A model generated the notes under the pieces. The model was not told the DNA's origin. It searched no databases and saw nothing but the letters and a program-made list of their open reading frames with translations. From IMG/VR virus record IMGVR_UViG_3300021171_000137: DNA of 64,000 nt. The stretch is one strand, 5' to 3'. This stretch comes from an uncultured virus (IMG/VR IMGVR_UViG_3300021171_000137) (Duplodnaviria; Heunggongvirae; Uroviricota; Caudoviricetes). This document shows, piece after piece, positions 10,328 through 19,228 of the stretch. Every line of letters begins with the position of its first letter. Within the stretch, counting starts at the first letter, position 1. The position numbers were made by a program, and so were the translations under genes.

Positions 10328-10855
10328 ATGACCCGCCGCACCATGGAGCGTGAGGACTTCGAGATAGTGGCCCAGATGGTCTTCGAGGGCGCCACGGCCA
10401 ACTTTGTCCGGCGGGGCCAAGTCGCCCCGCTCATTTTCGTTCTACGGATGGACGATCAGCATCGGATCGCCAGCGCCAAAATCATCTCGGTGCAAGACTT
10501 GTTCACCGAAGAAGTCGGCACTGGCGGTAAAGATATGGCGGCCCGGATAATGGATCTGGCTCTGGCCAGCGGGGCCGACTTGGTGGCGCTGGTCGTCGAG
10601 GCATGGGTAGCCAGTGCAGAGCAGGGCGTAAGCCTGGAGGGCGAACTGCCGGACGGCGCGGCGTGCGTAGAAGAAGTTCCCGGCCGCACCGAGGCGGTCA
10701 GCGTGTTTTTTCGGTCGGCCGACTTCACGACGCTCGCCCTGTGGCCGATCGACCGGGCCGGCAAACGGCTTGTGCACAAACCGATCGACTGGAATCCTGG
10801 CAATCGCTTTTCGGGTCGGTTCGCCGGTGATCAGCAAGATCATCCCCGTCAGTAA
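10328..10855 (+). CDS. Hypothetical protein
   Basis: Long coupled ORF with genome-typical codon usage. Confidence 0.6.
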   Translation: MTRRTMEREDFEIVAQMVFEGATANFVRRGQVAPLIFVLRMDDQHRIASAKIISVQDLFTEEVGTGGKDMAARIMDLALASGADLVALVVEAWVASAEQGVSLEGELPDGAACVEEVPGRTEAVSVFFRSADFTTLALWPIDRAGKRLVHKPIDWNPGNRFSGRFAGDQQDHPRQ

Positions 10856-10984
10856 CCGGTTCAGGTTAGTGGCCGACCGGCCGTCGCCTGATCCCGTGAC
10901 TTTACTGTTGATTTTTACCTTTACCTTGACTTTCCGGAGTACCGTAATCGAGCCGCACTCGAGCGGCCTTCGAGGGGAAGGACC

Positions 10985-12217
10985 ATGAATGGCAAATATG
11001 CAGCAGTAGTGGGGACAGTCGCCATGGCGCTTGTCGTGCTCGTTTTCATCGCTCAACACGGGGCAGGGGTTCCGATTATGGGCCTAGTGGTTGCTATGAC
11101 GCTCTATAACATCGGTGGTTTGATCGGGGGACGCTATTCGCTCACCAAGTCAATCAGGCAAAACTACGAGACGATCAAGGCGGGGGTGCCGATGCCTCGT
11201 CTGAGCTATCGCCTTCAATCGGCGGCGATGTGGATCGCCATTGGATCTGCTCTGTACTACTTCGTGGGGACGGTGGGGAAACGGCTGCTGATGTTGGTTG
11301 TCGGCATGTCGTTTGCGTCCCTCGCCATCGCCGGCCCTCCGACGCATGCCTACGATGTCATTGGTCGCACTCCGGTAGAAATCGATGCACGGTTTTCGGT
11401 GAATATGGACCAGGCCATGCGTGATAGAGCTAATTTCCACGTTCACAATCTGAACGCCGAAGAGCTGGGCAGCTTGGCGTTGCTTTATCGGCATTCCAGG
11501 GGTAATACAGACGGGATATTGCGAATCATGGCTGCAAGTGTTGATGCCGAAGGACTCACGCGAGTGGCCGCGGCGTTTGGTCAAGAGGCCACGATCGCGG
11601 CAATTAAGAAGTATGCAAAGCCGTCCGTAGCATTGGAGTTTGCATCGCTGCCGATGAAGCCGGTGATAACTCCCTCGATCCTAAAGTCCATGCCCAGTCT
11701 TGGCCAGATATCAATGAGCAAGGGCATGTACGGCGGCCGTATGTTGCTGGTAGTCCCACCGAACACCGGCATGACCATCTACGAAATTTACCTGTCCTAC
11801 CGTAGTGCGCAAATGGGAAGTCTCAGTGTGGGAGCGGCAATAACTGAAGCCGGAATCTTTGCTGCGGGCGACCTTATGCTTGCCAGCGCTGCCGGGGAGA
11901 GTGTTGGATGGTGCTTCAATGCATGGCTGAACAGCACATTCCCTGACGTCACTCCGGCAATCGGTGATGCGATCGGCAATATCGTGGATCACCTTGCCAG
12001 TGCGTATGCGAATGGGATTTTGGCCCCCACGGTGCCTAATATGGGTTCGCTTTCATACGGTTTGAATCGTGAGATTTACCAACTGGCGGACGAGGGCTCT
12101 GGCATGCCTTGGCTCTCCTTGGGGGACTGGTCGACTTATTCCGACGGGGCTTGGTACTACTTCGATATGACCTCTGGCACATGCGAAGGGACCGATTCCT
12201 GCATTCAACCGTACTGA
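10985..12217 (+). CDS. Moron-like membrane/secreted protein
   Basis: Several N-terminal hydrophobic helices, visibly lower GC, own upstream intergenic region and downstream terminator. Confidence 0.65.
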   Translation: MNGKYAAVVGTVAMALVVLVFIAQHGAGVPIMGLVVAMTLYNIGGLIGGRYSLTKSIRQNYETIKAGVPMPRLSYRLQSAAMWIAIGSALYYFVGTVGKRLLMLVVGMSFASLAIAGPPTHAYDVIGRTPVEIDARFSVNMDQAMRDRANFHVHNLNAEELGSLALLYRHSRGNTDGILRIMAASVDAEGLTRVAAAFGQEATIAAIKKYAKPSVALEFASLPMKPVITPSILKSMPSLGQISMSKGMYGGRMLLVVPPNTGMTIYEIYLSYRSAQMGSLSVGAAITEAGIFAAGDLMLASAAGESVGWCFNAWLNSTFPDVTPAIGDAIGNIVDHLASAYANGILAPTVPNMGSLSYGLNREIYQLADEGSGMPWLSLGDWSTYSDGAWYYFDMTSGTCEGTDSCIQPY

Positions 12218-12238
12218 TATTTCGGTGAGCCTCCGTTT

Positions 12239-12266
12239 ACGGCGCTTTCGGGCGCCGTTTTTCTTG
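12239..12266 (+). terminator. Rho-independent terminator
   Basis: ACGGCGC-tttcgg-GCGCCGT followed by a T-run. Confidence 0.75.
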
Positions 12267-12310
12267 CCTATCGACCGTTCGTCGGTCCCTCGAAATAGAT
12301 AGACATTTGC

Positions 12311-12352
12311 CTTTACTTTGCGCTTGACAGGCGGACGCCATGCGCATATATT
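12311..12352 (+). promoter_or_regulatory. Near-consensus sigma70 promoter with 12-bp-spaced repeats
   Basis: TTGACA(12324)-17bp-TATATT; CTTTAC 12311, CTTGAC 12323. Confidence 0.75.
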
Positions 12353-12387
12353 CATATCTGAGCGATAGGGATATGAAAGGAACTGCG

Positions 12388-13071
12388 ATGGGCTTCAAAT
12401 TGGACCGAGCTTTCTTCCGACCCAAGGGCGCCGTTCCGGCGATCGATATGCCTGAACTGGGCGTCGAGGTCTTCTACCTCACCGAAAAGACGGCCGCGGG
12501 AGAGCGCTGCACCGTGAAGGCCTTCGCCGGCAAGCGCTCGAAGCCGGACATTTACTGCCGTTACCGCAGCGCCGAGCGCGCCGAGGCGGCGGTGGCCGAA
12601 TGGATCGCCAGCCTGAAGGGCAGGGTGGCCGAAAAGGTCGCCGCGAAGAAGGTGGCGAAGGCCTGGGAACACGGCCTGAGCGCGGGCGACGTCTTCTACT
12701 GCTCCTGGGGCTACGACCAGACCAACATCAACTACTACGAAATCGTGGCCGTCAAAGGCAAGTCGGTCGAAGTGCTCGAGCTGCAACAGCAGTCGGAAGC
12801 CACGGGCTACATGACCGGTAACTGCGTTCCGATCCCGGGCAAGTACCGCGAGTTCGCCGACTACGAAAGCGAAGCCAGCAAGGCGCACAAAGAGTCCCGC
12901 GGCTACTACCTGTCCAAGGTGCCGGCGCCCCGCAGGATGATCCCGCAGCGCGGCTACAACGGCGAGCCGACCCTTTCGGTCTACTCGTTCGCGAGCGCGC
13001 ATCTGGTCAAGCCGGTGGAAGTCCAAGGCGTGAAGTGCTTCAGCCCGAAGGGCTGGACCGCTTACGCGTGA
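12388..13071 (+). CDS. Conserved early phage/plasmid protein
   Basis: GDVFYCSWGYDQTNINYYEIV motif; GC-rich third codon positions. Confidence 0.7.
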   Translation: MGFKLDRAFFRPKGAVPAIDMPELGVEVFYLTEKTAAGERCTVKAFAGKRSKPDIYCRYRSAERAEAAVAEWIASLKGRVAEKVAAKKVAKAWEHGLSAGDVFYCSWGYDQTNINYYEIVAVKGKSVEVLELQQQSEATGYMTGNCVPIPGKYREFADYESEASKAHKESRGYYLSKVPAPRRMIPQRGYNGEPTLSVYSFASAHLVKPVEVQGVKCFSPKGWTAYA

Positions 13072-14743
13072 CCCGAATCAATTCACAGGAACCGAAAATG
13101 AAGACCTACGCATTTCGTTTTACCGCCCGTAAGGCCGACTTCTACAAGTCAGGCGGGGTCGGCATCGTCTTTGGTGCGGCCAACACGGTGTTCGCGGAGG
13201 AAGTCAAGGAATGCACGCTGGCAGAGGCCGTGGCGTACTTGCCTGTCTTTTCGGCCGCTTCCCCCGCTCCCCACGCGGCGTATTTCGCGATGGCCGACCG
13301 ACATGTTCGCAAGCCGGCCGGGTATGACAAGGCGACCAGCAAGAACGTGTACAAGCCGATGGCGGCAGCATGAGCCAAGCACCCGACACCAAGCCCGGCT
13401 TCTACTACGTGAGCGTGGTCAAGGGCAGCGGCGATTACCGCCTGCTGAAAGGCCCCTTCCAGAACGATCACGCCGGGGCGCTGGCGGCGGTCGACGCGGC
13501 GAAGGGCAGGGCGCTCGAACTGGATCCGCGCGCGAGCTGGTACGCCTACGGAACCTGCCGCACCGAGGAAGACATGGGGCCCGGGATTCTCGACAAGATG
13601 GAGGCAACGCAATGAGCGCGCGCACCGAAAAGCTAGACCGCACCCTCGCCCGATTGTCCGCGCAAAGCGCCATTGGCGGAACAGCATCGCACCCAAACAC
13701 GTGGGCCGTGATCTTCGCCGATGTCTTCGATTCCGACGGCATCAAGATTGGCCATTGCGCGACCAGCGGATACCACGATCATGCGTGGACCTTCTACCCA
13801 CGCGATGAAAGCCGGCGCAAGTCAGACGGTTTCGGCAAAGATCCGGTGTGCTGCCTTCCGGTGTGGGCGAAACGTGCCGGTGCACATTGCGTAATCGACG
13901 GAAGCTACAACTCGTGAGGGTGAAAGCATGAAATCAGCAAATCTTTTCCGGATCAAGCAGCCCGACGGCTCGATCGTCGAACAGGAACCGGTCATCGGCG
14001 GCTGGTACGTCGGGTACGGCTGGACGCCGCCCGTGAGCCTTCAGGACGACGGCACGCTGGGCCCGCTGTCCGCAGTGCTCGCCGAACCGGACTCGACCCA
14101 GGACGGCGCGATCGCCCAGTACGTGGGCGACGGCGAGTTCTACGCAGAAGACTGGGGCGTGTCCCGCGACGAACCGACCCGGATGCAGGACTACGATCAC
14201 ATCGTTTTTTCGCATCAGGGAAGGCTGTGAATCGATGGCGGCCATTTCATTCACTAGGGTGAATTCATGAAAACAGCAATTGCAGGTTTGGGATCCCAGA
14301 TGAAATTCCTGGACGGAAGTCCGGTGCCAGACGATTACTCCAAAGCGGTTGCGAAACTTGTGCGCGAAGCTGCCGATGGCGACCCCGGCGAGGAAAACGA
14401 GCCTGTCCGCGAAGACGAACCGACCGAACAGGATCGCTGCGCGCACCGCTGGGTCTACACCGGCACGCAATACGGTGGTGATGACGAGAGCTATCGCGGC
14501 GAAGGCCGCTGCTACTGCGAACTGTGCGGCGCCGATGGGGACGCATGATCTACTTCATCCGGCGCCACAGCGGCCGCAATCGCGACGTGTGGCGCACGAT
14601 CCTGGTCAGGGGCGACGCGATCGCTGCTTACGGCCGCTATCTGCGCTTGGCGGCCGATTTGCGGGAGGGCAGTGTGCAATGGTGGCTGAACGGCGAGCTG
14701 AATCAGGGTGTGTACTCGGGGCGCAACCGAACAAGGTGGTGAC

Positions 14744-14923
14744 ATGAAAAAACGCAAGAGCAGGGCAGGGCGCCCGACCGATCCGCCGATGGCAAGCCGC
14801 GGCCGCCCGGTGAACGTCTACTTGGACGAGCACTATCGGAACCTGGCGCGGCGCGCCGGCCGGGGAGGCGGCATGTCCGCCGGCATCCGGCTCGCGCTCG
14901 ATCGCCTCGGAAATAACCAGTAG
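14744..14923 (+). CDS. Small RHH-like DNA-binding protein
   Basis: AGRP...VNVYLDE...GGMSAGIRLAL; resembles 913..1176. Confidence 0.55.
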   Translation: MKKRKSRAGRPTDPPMASRGRPVNVYLDEHYRNLARRAGRGGGMSAGIRLALDRLGNNQ

Positions 14924-14957
14924 CTTTAGTAAGGTACCAGGATATTCGGGGACTGAC

Positions 14958-14987
14958 TTGCATTGAGGTCCCGTTTCGGGGCAGAAT
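14958..14987 (+). promoter_or_regulatory. Promoter of replication operon
   Basis: TTGCAT-18bp-CAGAAT. Confidence 0.45.
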
Positions 14988-15456
14988 TACGCATTGAAGT
15001 CCGGGACACCGGCCGTAGGCAGCGGCGCGGATTCCACGTCAAATCAGTACGCTCGAGAGAGGGCGGGTTCCGCGAAAGCGGACCCTGCCACTGATTCAGG
15101 GCTGCCGGCCCGTCCTCCCTCGAGCGGGGAGTTTTTGGAAAGTGAATCCCCGTAAGTGCCATACGCGGCGCCTCAACTACGCCGCTTTCGTTCGCCGGTG
15201 ACGTCATGGACCGGCACACGTTCGAAGCTTCGCTGGCCTACCTGGCAGCGACTTCGAGCCTGCCAGAGGCCCGCAGGATCGCCGTGAAGGCGATCGCGCT
15301 GCGCGACCGCACCGAAGACCCTGACCCGGATGCAAGAGCGCGCCTGAACGCGCTACAGGCGGCCGCACAGCTGCGCATCGCGGCCCTTTGCACCGTCATC
15401 GAATGGGCTGCCGATTACTTGGCGGCCGAAGCCATGCTTTCCGCGGGAGGAAAAAA

Positions 15457-16359
15457 ATGAGCTTTGCGTACATGAAGCTTTACACGGGCGATTACCTACG
15501 CGACACGCGCCACCTCACTCCGCAAAAGCATGGGATCTACCTGCTGCTGCTGATGCACTGCTGGGATCAGAAGGGCCCGGTCCCGCTGGACGAACAGGAA
15601 ATCGCCGGCATCGCGAACTGCCGGTCAGCGGACGAAATTGATGCGCTGCGGTACATCCTGAAGAAGTATTTTTCACGATTGGAAGATGGTTGGTACCAGA
15701 AGCGGATGCAAGAAGAAGTTGCGGCCGCAGAACACTACGCGATGTGCCTGTCAGAAGCAGGAAAACGCAGCGGAAAAGTGCGAAAAGCGCGGTCCGTCGT
15801 TCGTGCCAAATCAAGGACTGGCGCGGCTTTCGAACCAGGGTTGAACCTGGGTTCAACCGAGGTTGAACCTCGGTCGGTAACCCCAACCCCAACCCTATCC
15901 CTAAATCCAAAAGAAAAAGACACTACCTTGTCCGCTGCGCGGACGACTGAGTCCCCCAAACTGACGCTGACAGGGGAACCAGAAACCCGGCGCCAGGCGG
16001 CTAGGGTAGGGCCGTTGCCGGGCTTCGACCGGTTCTGGAAGGCTTACCCCCACTACACCGGCCGATCATCGCGTAAGGACGGCGCCAAGCTCTGGCTGGA
16101 CCTGAAGCTCGAGCCCGTCGCGGACCTGGTGCTGGCGGTGCTCGACGAGGTCAAGCGGGCCGATGATTTCACCCGCGAGGGGGGCCGCTTCGTGCCGGCG
16201 GCCGAACGATGGCTGAAAAAGCAGCTGTGGGCCCAGGACACGCTGGGGACCACGTCGAGCGAGCACCGCGCGGCCGAGCTGGTCGAAATGGGCGAGCGCG
16301 TCCTGGCCGAAGAAAGGGAGAAGGCGGAGGCCAGGCGCAAGGTGAAGGCGGCCGCATGA
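15457..16359 (+). CDS. DUF1376/YdaU-family replication initiator
   Basis: YMKLYTGDYLRDTRHLTPQKHGIYLLLLMHCW N-terminus; FDRFWKAYP and PAAERWL C-terminal motifs; internal iterons. Confidence 0.8.
   Translation: MSFAYMKLYTGDYLRDTRHLTPQKHGIYLLLLMHCWDQKGPVPLDEQEIAGIANCRSADEIDALRYILKKYFSRLEDGWYQKRMQEEVAAAEHYAMCLSEAGKRSGKVRKARSVVRAKSRTGAAFEPGLNLGSTEVEPRSVTPTPTLSLNPKEKDTTLSAARTTESPKLTLTGEPETRRQAARVGPLPGFDRFWKAYPHYTGRSSRKDGAKLWLDLKLEPVADLVLAVLDEVKRADDFTREGGRFVPAAERWLKKQLWAQDTLGTTSSEHRAAELVEMGERVLAEEREKAEARRKVKAAA
15830..15873 (+). repeat. Four tandem 11-bp iterons (putative replication origin)
   Basis: TCGAACCAGGG TTGAACCTGGG TTCAACCGAGG TTGAACCTCGG, then CCCCAA repeats and an A-rich tract. Confidence 0.65.
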
Positions 16360-16796
16360 ACCCGTCCGACGTTTCCACGCTGGCCAAGGCGCTGGAGGAA
16401 ATGGCCGACGCCCTGTGCGTCAAAGCCCCCGGCAAAGCAGGCCTGGGCGTGTGGCTGCGCGTCTTGCAGCACCAGCCGATCGGAAAGGTGATCGATGCGG
16501 TCGACGAGTGGGTCCGCACCAAACCCAAGATGCCGACGCCAGCCGATATCCTGGGCGTCCTGAGCAACCGCGTGTCGAGCAAGATCGAAGCGCATTCGGC
16601 CACTCGGCAGGCGATCGCCCATTTCGAGCGCCCTGCGCCTGGCTCGATCGCGCACGCCACCTACCTCGCCAGTTTTCGTCGCATCAGCGATTGCTTGCCG
16701 GATCTGCGCCGGCCATCCCTTGCGCTGGATTCAGAAGCAGCGCGGGAAGCGCAGGCCGAGCGCGCGGCGATCGCCGCGCAGGACGAGCCGCTGTGA
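16356..16796 (+). CDS. Putative helicase-loader/replication accessory protein
   Basis: Coupled to initiator; W...AVDEW...KMPTPADI pattern. Confidence 0.5.
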   Translation: MNPSDVSTLAKALEEMADALCVKAPGKAGLGVWLRVLQHQPIGKVIDAVDEWVRTKPKMPTPADILGVLSNRVSSKIEAHSATRQAIAHFERPAPGSIAHATYLASFRRISDCLPDLRRPSLALDSEAAREAQAERAAIAAQDEPL

Positions 16797-17473
16797 TTCA
16801 CTACCATGGCACACCGATCACGCCGCGGCACCAGCTGTACCGGATGGCTGGGCGCCACTTCTGCGTTTCCTTCGCGCGTCCGGATGACTTGGAGCCGTGT
16901 CTTTCAATCGGCCAGTCGGTGATGCTCGACAACGGCGCCTTTTCGGCCTTCACGCGGGGCGAGCCGTTCGACCTGGATGCCTACGTGAAATGGGTTGAAC
17001 CGGTTCTGGCGCATCCGCACTGGGCCGTGATCCCGGACGTGATCGACGGCAGCGTGGCCGATCAGGACAGGATGATCGCGCAGTGGCCACGGTCGTACCG
17101 CGACCTGAGCATGCCGGTGTGGCACCTGGGGCTGCCGATTCAATACCTGCTCGAGCTTGCGCAGCGGTTCCCGCGGATCTGTTTCGGCTCGAGCGCCGCT
17201 TATTGGGACGTCGGATCGGACGCCTGGTGCGGTCGCATGGACGAGGCTTTCAACGCGCTCGCGCAGCGCCATCACGGTTTGCCTTGGGTGCACGGCCTGC
17301 GAATGCTGGGGATGGCTGGCTTGCGCTGGCCCCTCGCCTCTGCGGATTCGAGTAACGTCGCGCAAAACCACACCCGGACCGGATGCGCCGAATGCATGGC
17401 CGCGGTGCTGGATAGCACCCAATGCCGGACTGGCTGGAAGCAGATCGAAACGCAGCAAAGGATGTTTGCATGA
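16793..17473 (+). CDS. TGT/DpdA-like TIM-barrel protein (putative base-exchange enzyme)
   Basis: HYHGTP, MLDNGAFS, IPDVI, PVWH, VHGLR, ADSS motifs; GTG start overlaps previous stop. Confidence 0.55.
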   Translation: MIHYHGTPITPRHQLYRMAGRHFCVSFARPDDLEPCLSIGQSVMLDNGAFSAFTRGEPFDLDAYVKWVEPVLAHPHWAVIPDVIDGSVADQDRMIAQWPRSYRDLSMPVWHLGLPIQYLLELAQRFPRICFGSSAAYWDVGSDAWCGRMDEAFNALAQRHHGLPWVHGLRMLGMAGLRWPLASADSSNVAQNHTRTGCAECMAAVLDSTQCRTGWKQIETQQRMFA

Positions 17474-17478
17474 TTACC

Positions 17479-17548
17479 GGTCGCGTCAAGGCGAGGGCAG
17501 GGCTTTCAATCCCGGCGCCCCGCGGGTTCGACTCCCGCCGCGACCTCA
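17479..17548 (+). ncRNA. tRNA-like element lacking a D stem (loop CTTTCAAT, Glu-like)
   Basis: Perfect acceptor GGTCGCG/CGCGACC and perfect T arm GCGGG-TTCGACT-CCCGC. Confidence 0.65.
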
Positions 17549-18017
17549 CCGGCTGAACCACCCGTGCTGATGATGACTCCGTTTCGGTACCACAGTTTCC
17601 CCGCGAGGGTGACTCGGTGTGGCCACGACGGGCGAGTCTGGAAGGTTCTTCGCGCATGAGGCGGGCAAGTGCGCGGCCCCGTCGGGGGATGCTGCCGTGA
17701 AAGCCAACGGCAGGAACAGGCCGACGCCGATCAGGCTTGACACCCGGAGAGACGGGGAAATATCCTGACGCGATGAAGGTCAGACTGCACAGCACCAAGA
17801 TGATGGTCGAGCTGATGGTGAACGGCGTGCCGGTGCCCGCGCGCATCTGGGAAGGCCACACCGAATCGGGCACGCCCGTGCACGCGTTCATCACGCGCAT
17901 CTGCCCCACAATCGAGCAGCCGCTTCCGGCGAGGATCGAAGCGGAGTTCGCGCGCGAGCTGCAAGAGCAGGCGCCGCCCACGCCGATGGTGGCGACGATT
18001 CCGCTGAGGATGATCCT

Positions 18018-18536
18018 GTGAGCGAACTGACCTGGATTGATCCGGACTGCGATCGCAGTGAGTGGCCCGCCGGTCCGTGGGACGGCGAACCCGACAAAGT
18101 GCAATGGGTCGACGATGCCACCGGTCTCGTTTGCCTGGCCAAGCGACAGCCGCTACTGGGCCATTGGTGCGGATACGTCGGCATCGATTCGGGTCATCCT
18201 TGGCACGGCAAGGATTACGAAATCGCCGACGTTTGTGGAGTGCACGGTGGCCTGACCTTCGCCGATGCGTGCCAGGAAGGACCGATTGCGTCGACCGTTT
18301 GCCATCTGCCAGAGCCCGGGCAATCTGACGGCCTGTGGTGGTTCGGCTTTGATTGCTCCCACCACCGTGACTTCAGCCCGAGCACGGCAATGCTTATGAA
18401 GCTCGTGCCATCTGCGGGATCGGCACTCGGAACGATGTACCCAGCAGGCGCAGCGCAGTACCGGGATCTTGCCTACGTGCGCGGGGAGTGCGCCAAGCTG
18501 GCAATGCAGATAAACGCCGTAAAATCAACAAGTTAA
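18018..18536 (+). CDS. Conserved phage hypothetical protein
   Basis: GHWCGYV, VHGGLTF, WWFGFDCSH motifs. Confidence 0.75.
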   Translation: MSELTWIDPDCDRSEWPAGPWDGEPDKVQWVDDATGLVCLAKRQPLLGHWCGYVGIDSGHPWHGKDYEIADVCGVHGGLTFADACQEGPIASTVCHLPEPGQSDGLWWFGFDCSHHRDFSPSTAMLMKLVPSAGSALGTMYPAGAAQYRDLAYVRGECAKLAMQINAVKSTS

Positions 18537-18558
18537 CATAATGTACTTTATGCGAAGT
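18531..18558 (-). other. dif: XerC/XerD dif-like recombination site
   Basis: Minus strand ACTTCGCATAA-AGTACA-TTATGTTAACT; 11-6-11 match to the proteobacterial dif pattern. Confidence 0.85.
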
Positions 18559-18808
18559 GGTTTTTCTGCCAGCAAATGACAGTCTGTCAAGGCTTCGCTT
18601 GGGCGCTGGCGACTGCCACGGTCGCCAACCTGACCATCGATAGCCAGCATCGGCTGGTTTCGCGCGCGCTCACAGGCGCTGTCCTTTTCCTGTCCATAGC
18701 GGTGATAGCGACAATGAACCCGACCTGAATGCTGGCGCTGCCGTGGTCCGCCGGCAGATAGTGCAACGACCGTTTGCCTATCTGACATTTACCGGAAAGG
18801 ACCCGAAA

Positions 18809-19168
18809 ATGTACGCTGCTGACCGCAAAACCATCCACGACCGGCGCGAAATGCTCCGGGTCAAAGTCAAGTCCCTGGCGGCCGAAGCCAGAATCATCCG
18901 GCACGAAGAGGCGCGCACGCGCGGGGCGATTCAGGCTGAGCTGCACCGGCACCGAACGGTCGACGTGCGGCTGGAGGCGCGCCTTTCGGTGCTCGCCTAT
19001 GGCCTGATCCGCGGGCGAGCGCTTGACCGCATGGAACCGAAGACTAGGCCCGAAAACGCCCTCTCAGCGGCCCAATGGGACCGTGTGCGCGCGATGGGAA
19101 AGAAGTTCGGCCCGGTGAGCGGCGTCGAGTTACCAGGCGAAGCCAAGGCGCTTTTGATGGCCGCGTAA
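18809..19168 (+). CDS. Conserved phage hypothetical protein
   Basis: LRVKVKSLAAEARIIRHEE...LAYGLIRGR; AAAGGA RBS. Confidence 0.7.
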   Translation: MYAADRKTIHDRREMLRVKVKSLAAEARIIRHEEARTRGAIQAELHRHRTVDVRLEARLSVLAYGLIRGRALDRMEPKTRPENALSAAQWDRVRAMGKKFGPVSGVELPGEAKALLMAA

Positions 19169-19228
19169 TGCTCTGACCACGGACGGAATCGATCTGAACC
19201 GGATCAAGCACGGAACTATTTCAGCCAT

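Noticed and set aside
16415..16792. 5' extensions in the ORF track (16415, 15388, 49860, 53151, 43967, 46768)
   Set aside because: They overlap upstream genes out of frame; coupled downstream starts fit the conserved N-termini better.
17504..17510. TCA anticodon (selenocysteine/opal suppressor tRNA)
   Set aside because: Centring TCA in a 7-nt loop leaves a C-C mismatch closing the stem, and there is no long acceptor or variable arm as in tRNA-Sec.
17567..17600. Hammerhead ribozyme core (CTGATGA)
   Set aside because: No stem II followed by GAAA at the required position.
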